33,799 nt of DNA, taken from positions 1-33,799 of the forward strand of contig CAZCPV010000003.1 of the NCBI GenBank assembly GCA_964500765.1, in the 5' to 3' direction. Below, in pieces: positions 26,567 through 33,799 of this stretch. Numbering within the stretch: position 1 is the first letter of the stretch; each line of letters starts with the position of its first letter. The DNA comes from an uncultured Draconibacterium sp. Lineage in GTDB: Bacteria > Bacteroidota > Bacteroidia > Bacteroidales > JAADGE01. The notes under the pieces are model-generated. The model was given only the letters and a program-made list of their open reading frames with translations, was not told the DNA's origin and did no database searches. Position numbers and translations under genes: made by a program.

Positions 26567-26574
26567 CAAATATA
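26567..26574 (-). promoter_or_regulatory. Bacteroidota -7 element (TATATTTG) for the FGE-domain gene
   Basis: TAnnTTTG match on the minus strand ~105 nt upstream of the ATG. Confidence 0.45.
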
Positions 26575-26862
26575 ATTAATAATCTGTTTTCAATATGTAA
26601 ATTTATAAATGAATTACATTTTGACAAAATTTATTTATTCTGTTTCGTATTTTTTTTACAAAAAAAAATATTTTCGGTTTTTTTATCTTTTTTATTAACA
26701 TTTTTTTATACGTTTTATTATCAAATTTTTAGAGACTTTTATAAAAATAATTAAGTAAATTTTCATATAAAACATGTCATTTTTACTCGACAGAATGTAT
26801 GGTAATGCAAAGTGTACAAAGCTATTTGCGGCATAAAATATGCTTATTTAAAATTATAAAAT

Positions 26863-27285
26863 ATGAATGTGAAAAATCAAAACGGCAATAAGAAAAAACG
26901 AATTTTATTAGCGGAAGGTTTCGACCCGAGTAAAAAAGTTATGACAGAAATTTTAAAATTACTCGGATGGGAATACGATACCGTAAATAACGGTTATGAC
27001 GTTATTTTGGCACTCAAAAATAAATCTTTCGACTTACTGCTGCTTGATTTGGAACTGCCGCAATTAGACGGTTTTGAAACGATTGAACACATCAGACGAA
27101 AATTAGAATTTCCGATAAATACGATACCTGTGATGGCTATGATTAACCGCGATTTTTCTTCAGACTTTAATCAAACGTACAAGGATGAAGGTTTTGATGA
27201 AATTATCGTTAAACCCTTTTCTATTGATGAACTGGACGGAAAAATAAAAGAACTCTTTTACAGAAAGAATCCTTTATTTGCCTGA
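26863..27285 (+). CDS. Single-domain response regulator (atypical receiver)
   Basis: ILLAE, LLLLDLELPQLDG and KPF receiver motifs; no output domain. Confidence 0.85.
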   Translation: MNVKNQNGNKKKRILLAEGFDPSKKVMTEILKLLGWEYDTVNNGYDVILALKNKSFDLLLLDLELPQLDGFETIEHIRRKLEFPINTIPVMAMINRDFSSDFNQTYKDEGFDEIIVKPFSIDELDGKIKELFYRKNPLFA

Positions 27286-27301
27286 ATGTATTTATCGAAA
27301 C

Positions 27302-27335
27302 AAGGGAGCCGAAAAATCGGCTCTCTTTTATTTTT
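27302..27335 (+). terminator. Rho-independent terminator of the receiver gene
   Basis: AAGGGAGCCGA-AAAA-TCGGCTCTCTT stem followed by T-rich tract. Confidence 0.8.
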
Positions 27336-27459
27336 GGTTCTGCGGTTATTTTACCGGGTAATTAAAATAGCTTAATTTAATAAGTTATATGAATCAAGCG
27401 TCAAAAAATCGCCGATAAATATACAGTTTTACAATAAAAAATAAGTGATTTATTTTAAC

Positions 27460-27541
27460 AGAACGTCGATAACACAGATTTATACTGATTTATGCAGATT
27501 TTATCCGTGATTATCCGTAAAATCAGCATCATCAGCGTTCT
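27460..27541. repeat. Palindromic array of degenerate 9-10-nt units (4 forward plus 4 inverted)
   Basis: gaacgtcGAT/aacacaGAT/ttatactGAT/ttatgcaGAT-ttt-ATCcgtgatt/ATCcgtaaa/ATCagcatc/ATCagcgttc, bounded by AGAACG...CGTTCT. Confidence 0.75.
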
Positions 27542-27584
27542 ATTTTCTTTGATTTAAAAAAATAATGCCGAAAAAACATATATT

Positions 27585-28094
27585 TCAGTCCAAAATATTT
27601 AACATATCTTTTTCCAAACTATCTTTTGTATGTTCAACAATTCGTCCGATTTCTTTCCCGTTTCGGTAAAAAATAAAAGTCGGAATACGAGTAAAAGTGA
27701 TTCCGTCAATACTTTTGTCTCTCGACGATTTTTTGGTATCAACCGCCGTTAAACGAACTGTTCTTTTCGGGATATTTGCCTCATCTGCAATCTTATAAAA
27801 TCTCGGCAATTCTCTTCTGCTGTCGCCGCACCACGTTCCGAAAATAATTCTTATTTTCACACCTTTATATAAGTCTGCATTTTTTAACTTTTCAATAACT
27901 GCTTTGTCCGGTTGATATTCCGAATAACCCTGCCTAAACCAAGTTTTAAATTCATCTTTTTGAAAACCGGCTCTTGTACATGTTCCCGTCAGTTCTTTTC
28001 GTTCCGTTCGTTCATCGGTAATTGTTTTGTTTTTTGTAATTGAACAGGAAGAAAAAATAATAATTATTGCAAATAATATTAATTTTATTTTCAT
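27585..28094 (-). CDS. Thioredoxin-fold lipoprotein with CxxS motif
   Basis: Lipobox FSSC; FGTWCGDS..ELP; IPTFIF..GKEIGRIVE. Confidence 0.85.
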   Translation of the reverse strand: MKIKLILFAIIIIFSSCSITKNKTITDERTERKELTGTCTRAGFQKDEFKTWFRQGYSEYQPDKAVIEKLKNADLYKGVKIRIIFGTWCGDSRRELPRFYKIADEANIPKRTVRLTAVDTKKSSRDKSIDGITFTRIPTFIFYRNGKEIGRIVEHTKDSLEKDMLNILD

Positions 28095-28138
28095 AATTAA
28101 TTTAATTTAAGTATCTTGTTTGTCCGAATTTTGTACAA

Positions 28139-28146
28139 CAAAAATA
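28139..28146 (-). promoter_or_regulatory. Bacteroidota -7 element (TATTTTTG) for the thioredoxin-like gene
   Basis: TAnnTTTG match on the minus strand 44 nt upstream of the ATG. Confidence 0.5.
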
Positions 28147-28198
28147 AGTATAAAAGTTGAATTTCAATAAAATAACATAAACTTTAAAATATAAAATT

Positions 28199-28858
28199 AT
28201 GAACCAATCTCCTAAAACAGCAATTATTTTATCCGGTTGCGGCGTTTACGACGGTGCCGAAATACACGAAGCAACCCTAACCATGTATGCCGTTGTAAAA
28301 AACGGCGGAAGCTATCAAATTTTTGCACCCGATATTGAACAACACCATGTAATAAATCATATCACGGGTGAAGAAATGAACGAAAAACGCAATGTAATGG
28401 TTGAAGCGGCACGTATTGCACGCGGAAACATAAAACCGCTTTCCGAATTAAACATGGAAGACTTTGATGCATTGATGTTGCCGGGCGGTTTCGGCGTTGC
28501 AAAAAATTTATCCGATTTTGCTTTTAAAGGTCCCGATTGTTCGGTTATTCCCGATGTTGAGAATGCAATAAGAGATGCCGTTGCACAAAACAAACCGATT
28601 GGTGCTTTATGTATCTCACCGGCAATTGTTGCCAAAGTTCTTGACGGTGTCAGCGTAACCATAGGGCAAGACAAAGCCACTGCCGATGCTGTTGAAAAAA
28701 TGGGATCGAAACACGAAATTACCAACCACGGCGAAGTGGTTATCGATAAAACATACAAAGTTGCCACAACCCCGTGCTACATGCTTGACGCAACCATTGC
28801 CGATATTGCCGACGGTGCAATGAACGTTACAAAAGCCGTATTTGAGATGGTAAAATAA
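28199..28858 (+). CDS. elbB: ElbB/ES1-family glyoxalase (DJ-1/PfpI superfamily)
   Basis: LSGCGVYDGAEIHEA, EAARIARG, PGGFGVAKNL, CISP and TTPCYM. Confidence 0.93.
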   Translation: MNQSPKTAIILSGCGVYDGAEIHEATLTMYAVVKNGGSYQIFAPDIEQHHVINHITGEEMNEKRNVMVEAARIARGNIKPLSELNMEDFDALMLPGGFGVAKNLSDFAFKGPDCSVIPDVENAIRDAVAQNKPIGALCISPAIVAKVLDGVSVTIGQDKATADAVEKMGSKHEITNHGEVVIDKTYKVATTPCYMLDATIADIADGAMNVTKAVFEMVK

Positions 28859-28878
28859 TTTTACCGAACAGCTTACAA

Positions 28879-28911
28879 AACTTTGTCATAGTTTAAAACT
28901 TTGACAAAGTT
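28879..28911. repeat. REP-like 33-bp palindrome (AACTTTGTCATAGTT-TAA-AACTTTGACAAAGTT), probable elbB terminator
   Basis: 15-bp arms with one mismatch and a 3-nt loop, followed by a T-tract; same length and layout as the element at 30-62. Confidence 0.78.
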
Positions 28912-28917
28912 TTTTTA

Positions 28918-28925
28918 TAGATTTG
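28918..28925 (+). promoter_or_regulatory. Bacteroidota -7 element (TAGATTTG) for nhaC
   Basis: TAnnTTTG match 18 nt upstream of the ATG at 28944. Confidence 0.5.
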
Positions 28926-28943
28926 TACGATATTTTATATAAT

Positions 28944-30404
28944 ATGTCGAAAACCGAAAAATCCCCCACCCTCTTACAATCTTTTATTCCGATTATTTTC
29001 TTGATAATATTGCTTTCGCTGAATGTCATTATTTGGGGAGACGAAACGCTGGACGGTTCCAATCAACTTGCATTGCTTATGGCTGCGGCATTAGCTTCCG
29101 TCATTGCTTTTCGTTTGGGTATAAATTGGTTAAAACTTCGCAAACGCATTGTTAAAACCATCGGGAAAGCCATGCCCGCAATTCTAATACTGCTGCTGAT
29201 TGGTTCTTTATCAGGAACTTGGCTTTTAAGCGGTGTTATTCCGGCATTTATCTACTATGGTTTAGATGTTCTGCATCCGTCAATTTTTTTATTTGCGACC
29301 GTCGTTATTTCAAGTTTAATTTCTTTGGCAACGGGAAGTTCGTGGTCAACCGTAGCAACCGTAGGGGTTGCCTTGCTCGGCATAGGACATGCCATGGGTA
29401 TCAACGATTCGATAACCGCAGGAGCCATTATCTCCGGTGCTTATTTCGGAGACAAAATGTCACCCTTATCCGACACAACCAATCTTGCTCCGGCAATGGC
29501 AGGAACCGATTTGTACACCCATATTCGTTATATGATGATTACAACCGTACCCTCCATGTCATTAACTCTAATCATTTTTCTTGTCATCGGTTTCACCTAT
29601 AATTTTCATACCGATGCCGCTGATGTTCAAGAAGTTCAAACCGCCATTGCCGACACGTTTAATGTAACGCCTTGGCTGTTTATCGTTCCTGCATTTCTTA
29701 TTTTCATTATTATAAGAAAAGTAAAACCCATACCTTCCATGTTGCTCGGAACACTTGCCGGCGGTGTTTTTGCCGTTATTTTTCAACCCGATATTGTTCA
29801 ACATATTTCCGGTATTACCGATAATTATGCCGAAGCATCCTATATAAGTGTTATGAAAGCCATGTACGGAGAAATTAAAATTGTTACCGAAAATCAACGA
29901 ATAAATGATTTGTTCGGAACCGGCGGAATGTCCGGCATGCTCAACACTATTTGGTTAATTCTTTCGGCAATGGTTTTCGGCGGAGTTATGGAATCAAGCG
30001 GTATGCTGAAAAAAATTACTTTATCGGTAATGAAACGCGTAAAATCCGACGGCTCACTGATTGCCTCAACGGCAGCATCTTGTATCTTTTTTAATGCTAC
30101 GGCATCCGACCAATATATTTCCATTGTAGTGCCGGGCAGAATGTACAACAAAGCATTTAAAGAAAGGGGCTTAAAGCCGGAAGTATTAAGCCGAACATTG
30201 GAAGATGCCGGTACGGTAACATCGGTTTTAATTCCGTGGAATACCGGCGGTGCTACGCAAGCTCGCGTACTCGGTGTGGCAACAATCGATTATCTGCCTT
30301 ATGCTTTTTTTAATCTTATAAGCCCGCTTATGACTGTTTTAATTGCCTATTTAAATTATAAAATCCGACGATTTCCGAAGAAAAAAACAAAAACCGAAAA
30401 ATAA
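28944..30404 (+). CDS. nhaC: Na+/H+ antiporter NhaC family
   Basis: TGSSW, signature AIISGAYFGDKMSPLSDTTNLA, SRTLED and LIPWN. Confidence 0.93.
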   Translation: MSKTEKSPTLLQSFIPIIFLIILLSLNVIIWGDETLDGSNQLALLMAAALASVIAFRLGINWLKLRKRIVKTIGKAMPAILILLLIGSLSGTWLLSGVIPAFIYYGLDVLHPSIFLFATVVISSLISLATGSSWSTVATVGVALLGIGHAMGINDSITAGAIISGAYFGDKMSPLSDTTNLAPAMAGTDLYTHIRYMMITTVPSMSLTLIIFLVIGFTYNFHTDAADVQEVQTAIADTFNVTPWLFIVPAFLIFIIIRKVKPIPSMLLGTLAGGVFAVIFQPDIVQHISGITDNYAEASYISVMKAMYGEIKIVTENQRINDLFGTGGMSGMLNTIWLILSAMVFGGVMESSGMLKKITLSVMKRVKSDGSLIASTAASCIFFNATASDQYISIVVPGRMYNKAFKERGLKPEVLSRTLEDAGTVTSVLIPWNTGGATQARVLGVATIDYLPYAFFNLISPLMTVLIAYLNYKIRRFPKKKTKTEK

Positions 30405-30447
30405 TCCGGCAATTTTCAAATAAAATTTTTTCATCCGTAAATATTAG

Positions 30448-30455
30448 TATTTTTG
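30448..30455 (+). promoter_or_regulatory. Bacteroidota -7 element (TATTTTTG) for the TlpA-like gene
   Basis: TAnnTTTG match 112 nt upstream of the ATG, implying a leader of ~105 nt. Confidence 0.55.
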
Positions 30456-30567
30456 CAGACACTTTATTTGACTTCCGATATTGATTTCAGATATAAATTT
30501 TCAAAATAAATCCGTTTTTCGGAAGTTAACTTTAAGGATTTTATTTTGAACTTTAAAAATAATTAAA

Positions 30568-31710
30568 ATGAAAAAAATAATCTTAATTCTTATCCCTTTT
30601 TTAGCATTATTTTCATGCAAAAATTCGGATACTTCCGGCTTTACCGTTTCCGGAACAATTAAAAATGCCGAAGGCAAACAATTGATATTAAATAAGTTTA
30701 TGCCGAAATCAACCATCGCTTTGGATACCGTAACAATCGACAAAAACGGCAAATACAAATTCAATGAACATACACCGGCACCCGAATTATTCGGCTTGCA
30801 ATTAGACGGAGCAAACGGACAAATAATTTTTATTGCCGACTCGTTAAGTAAAATTACCATTGACGGCGATACGGCAAATTTCAGAATTAACTATACAATT
30901 TCCGGTTCCGAAGATTCAAAACTATTACAAACTTTGTACAACCGGTTAGATAAAGCATACGAAAGTTTGGATTCCTTAAATCAAATTTATATTTCGCAAA
31001 AAGGAACAGGAAATTTAGACAGTTTGGTAAAAACGGTAAACGAAGCATCTCAAAAAGTATTCGACAAACACAGAAAATATTCCGAAAACTTTATAAACGA
31101 ACATCCGAGTTCGCCGGCATCGATTATTGCCTTATATCAACAATTCGGAAGAAATATGAGTGTTTTCAACTTAAATGACGACAGAGATTTATTTGTAAAA
31201 GCCGATGATTCACTTTATAAATTGTACCCTAATTCAAGTTTTGTAAAAGGGTTGCACGAATACATTGTAAACAATCCGCCCATGCCGACCGTAGGGAACA
31301 AAGCACCGGATATCGACCTGCCTTCGCCCGACGGTAAAAACATAAAACTTTCTTCTTTAAGAGGAAATTATGTTTTACTTGATTTTTGGGCTGCCTGGTG
31401 TCGTCCGTGCCGTGCCGAAAATCCGAATGTCGTAAAAAATTATAAAAAATATAAAAAATCCGGCTTTACCGTTTACCAAGTTTCTTTGGATAAAACAAAA
31501 GAAGATTGGGTAAATGCCATAAAAGCCGACGGTCTCGGCGATTGGAATCACGTAAGCGATTTAAAATATTGGAACTCGGAACCGGCTGCCGTTTACGGCG
31601 TACGAGGTATTCCCGCTAACTTCCTGATTGACCCCGAAGGAAAAATTATTGCAACAAATTTAAGAGGTCCGTTGCTCGGACAAAAATTAAGCGAAATTTA
31701 CGGATACTAA
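30568..31710 (+). CDS. TlpA/AhpC-TSA-like thiol:disulfide oxidoreductase lipoprotein (DUF4369-type N-terminus)
   Basis: Lipobox LFSC; FTVSGTI; VGNKAPDI, LLDFWAAWCRPCR and GIPANFLIDPEG. Confidence 0.92.
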   Translation: MKKIILILIPFLALFSCKNSDTSGFTVSGTIKNAEGKQLILNKFMPKSTIALDTVTIDKNGKYKFNEHTPAPELFGLQLDGANGQIIFIADSLSKITIDGDTANFRINYTISGSEDSKLLQTLYNRLDKAYESLDSLNQIYISQKGTGNLDSLVKTVNEASQKVFDKHRKYSENFINEHPSSPASIIALYQQFGRNMSVFNLNDDRDLFVKADDSLYKLYPNSSFVKGLHEYIVNNPPMPTVGNKAPDIDLPSPDGKNIKLSSLRGNYVLLDFWAAWCRPCRAENPNVVKNYKKYKKSGFTVYQVSLDKTKEDWVNAIKADGLGDWNHVSDLKYWNSEPAAVYGVRGIPANFLIDPEGKIIATNLRGPLLGQKLSEIYGY

Positions 31711-31728
31711 AACAGCGTGAATAAAAAT

Positions 31729-31770
31729 AAAAAAAGGTTTATCTTCGTTCTTGAAATAAACCTTTTTTTT
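31729..31770 (+). terminator. Terminator-like hairpin abutting the next start codon
   Basis: A7-GGTTTAT...ATAAACC-T8; the T-tract ends at 31770 and the ATG begins at 31771. Confidence 0.55.
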
Positions 31771-32700
31771 ATGCGTATAATTCTTACAATTTCAATCTCA
31801 CTTTTATTGTTTTCTTGTTCCGATTCTCAAAATCATAAGGTCGTAAAACTTTATAATAAAACATTTAAGGAACCGAAAAGCTCAAAATTTACCGTTTTTG
31901 AAATTGACACAATAAAAGATATTCCCGAAGGGAAAAACGAAAAATCACCGGCATTTATAAAACAGCGATTAGAACAACTTATCGGCAATTCTTACAAAAA
32001 TAGATGTAAAAAAGTCGGTATCAAGTTCCCGCCGAGATATGTTATGTTTCGATTTTTTAAAGAAGAGAAAGAATTTGAAATTTGGGCATCCGAAAAACGT
32101 TCGGACACATTAAAACTTCTTGCAACGCTGCCTGTATGTGCCGTTGACGACCGAGCCGGAACAAAATTACAACAAGGCGACGGCAAAACACCCGAAGGGT
32201 TCTATACCTGCAAAATACTTTACGGCAGTACAAATTGGTTTATGTGGATAAAATTAAACAACAACGAAATAGGCAACTCGGGAGAAGTCGGTTACGGTTC
32301 AAGTTTTAAAATGTGTATTGACTATCCGCTGCAAATCGACCGAAACAGAACACGCAAAATTCTCGGAAAAGCCGACCCCGGAGGAGCAATTTGCCTGCAC
32401 GGAAATTGTGTTTCAGTCGGCTGCATATCTTTTGAGAATAAAAATTTCTTGCCTGTTTTTCTGTCGGCACTTTACCATAATTCAAAAACATACGGGTATC
32501 CGAAAATCCAAATTTTCCCGTTTCGTTTTTCCGAAAAAGACAAAAAAGAATTGTCCGAAACCGTTTCTTCCGAAATGAGCCCCGAACAATTACGTCTATT
32601 TTGGTCGGAACTTGAAAAAGCATACAAGCTATTTGAAAAAAACCACAAAGCAATTAAAGTCGGTTTCAAAAATAATCATTATCAATTTTCCGAATATTAA
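31771..32700 (+). CDS. YkuD-family L,D-transpeptidase-like lipoprotein (YafK/DpaA type)
   Basis: Lipobox LFSC; FK.EKEFEIW, GDGKTPEGFY, IDYP, catalytic HGNCVSVGC and IFPFR. Confidence 0.87.
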   Translation: MRIILTISISLLLFSCSDSQNHKVVKLYNKTFKEPKSSKFTVFEIDTIKDIPEGKNEKSPAFIKQRLEQLIGNSYKNRCKKVGIKFPPRYVMFRFFKEEKEFEIWASEKRSDTLKLLATLPVCAVDDRAGTKLQQGDGKTPEGFYTCKILYGSTNWFMWIKLNNNEIGNSGEVGYGSSFKMCIDYPLQIDRNRTRKILGKADPGGAICLHGNCVSVGCISFENKNFLPVFLSALYHNSKTYGYPKIQIFPFRFSEKDKKELSETVSSEMSPEQLRLFWSELEKAYKLFEKNHKAIKVGFKNNHYQFSEY

Positions 32701-32731
32701 ACTCGATTTCGCTTATCCCGGTGAAAATAAT

Positions 32732-32739
32732 TACTTTTG
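32732..32739 (+). promoter_or_regulatory. Bacteroidota -7 element (TACTTTTG) for lpxH
   Basis: TAnnTTTG match ending 7 nt before the ATG at 32747. Confidence 0.5.
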
Positions 32740-32746
32740 CAACTTA

Positions 32747-33544
32747 ATGAACACGAAAAAAACATATTTTATCTCCGATATTCACCTCGGGCTTCCCGAC
32801 AGGGAAAAAAGTTTACAACGCGAATTAAAACTCGTTAAATTTCTTGATGAAATAAAAAATGATGCCGAAACCGTTTATTTTGTCGGTGATATTTTTGACT
32901 TTTGGTGGGAATACAAATCGGTTGTTCCGCGCGGGTTTGTCCGTTTTCTCGGAAAAATTGCCGAACTCTCCGATGCCGGCATTACAATTATTTTCTTTAC
33001 CGGAAACCACGATGTTTGGATGAAAAATTACCTTACGGAAGAACTCGGTGTTAAAATTCTGCACGAAGAACTGAAAATAAAAATAGGAAATAAAAAATTT
33101 TACACGGCACACGGCGACGGGCTGGGACCCGGCGACAACAGTTATAAATTTCTGAAAAAAATCTTTACAAATAAATTTTTGCAATGGTGTTTTACCCGTC
33201 TGCATCCGAATTTTGCTTTTTGGCTTGCCCGCAAATGGTCGCACAGCCGGCGAAACAAAGAAACACATTACGACTTTAAAGGAAGAGACAAAGAATTGCT
33301 CATTTTGCATTCGGAAGAAGTTTTGAAAAATGAATATTTCGACTTCCTGATATACGGACACCGGCATTTCCCGCTGATGATTGACATCGGAAAATCTTCA
33401 AAACACATAAACCTCGGCGATTGGCTCGTTAATTTTACTTTCGGCATTTTTGACGGAAACAACTTTCAACTTAAAACATATAAAAATAATAAAATTGAGA
33501 ATTTTAATACCGATTTAAACCGTATTTGCAAATTAGATTTATAG
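32747..33544 (+). CDS. lpxH: UDP-2,3-diacylglucosamine diphosphatase (LpxH-like metallophosphoesterase)
   Basis: FISDIHLG, GDIFDFW, GNHD, HGD and GHRH; ATG at 32747 places the first motif at the usual N-terminal position. Confidence 0.87.
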   Translation: MNTKKTYFISDIHLGLPDREKSLQRELKLVKFLDEIKNDAETVYFVGDIFDFWWEYKSVVPRGFVRFLGKIAELSDAGITIIFFTGNHDVWMKNYLTEELGVKILHEELKIKIGNKKFYTAHGDGLGPGDNSYKFLKKIFTNKFLQWCFTRLHPNFAFWLARKWSHSRRNKETHYDFKGRDKELLILHSEEVLKNEYFDFLIYGHRHFPLMIDIGKSSKHINLGDWLVNFTFGIFDGNNFQLKTYKNNKIENFNTDLNRICKLDL

Positions 33545-33606
33545 TTTCTGTACGAAAAATCTTATTAATTTTAAAAACTGCTAAATAGCATTTAAAATCA
33601 GCGACT

Positions 33607-33799
33607 GTGAAATATTCAACTTTATTAATAATTTCTTTTTTGATTTCAGGTTGTGCCACCGAGCTTATTCCCGGCGGAAATTTTATCCCTTTAATGCAGG
33701 AAAAAAACGATTTAAAAGCAAAAGTATCCGTAAGTACGAACACGTTTCAATCGGCTGTTGCTTATGCACCTTTTAACCATATCGCTTTTAAAGCCGATG
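33607..33799 (+). CDS. Hypothetical lipoprotein, 5' part only (runs off the window; not in the ORF track)
   Basis: GTG start; open frame MKYSTLLIISFLISGCATELIPGGNFIPLMQEKNDLKAKVSVSTNTFQSAVAYAPFNHIAFKAD with lipobox ISGC. Confidence 0.7.
   Translation, partial: MKYSTLLIISFLISGCATELIPGGNFIPLMQEKNDLKAKVSVSTNTFQSAVAYAPFNHIAFKAD

Noticed and set aside
26461-26862. ncRNA, small ORF or sigma-54 promoter in the 400-bp spacer
   Set aside because: Only weak A/T stems, no credible ORF, and no GG-N10-GC match found.
27351-27361. TTACC-G-GGTAA palindrome
   Set aside because: Short, single copy, and between convergent genes; not distinguishable from chance.
27460-27541. Mini CRISPR array
   Set aside because: Units are 9-10 nt, degenerate, inverted and lack spacers; no cas genes.

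Overview
AT-rich chromosomal window from a Bacteroidota bacterium, probably a marine or saline Bacteroidales-type organism. The assignment rests on TAnnTTTG promoter elements, signal peptides followed by Gln, the guaB-PPIase-surA-moxR-ostA cluster, DUF2795 and Na+ antiporters. The left end carries a group 3d NAD-linked [NiFe]-hydrogenase operon (hoxF, a single fused hoxU-hoxY gene, hoxH, hoxW). It has a Crp/Fnr-like box upstream and two tandem STAS/SEC14-like paralogs downstream. Next is a three-gene unit encoding an 830-aa, 12-heme, C-terminally anchored cytochrome c, an alpha/beta-hydrolase lipoprotein and MscS. The rest is mostly envelope and housekeeping genes. I saw no tRNA, rRNA, CRISPR array, integrase or transposase. 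The best leads are the HoxU-HoxY fusion, the dodecaheme cytochrome with one spare Cys, a secreted protein built from two copies of an unnamed ~70-aa domain, an interleaved-helix 5' leader upstream of a TlpA-like gene, and three kinds of short palindromic intergenic elements. All family calls come from recognising motifs by eye; no database searches were run.
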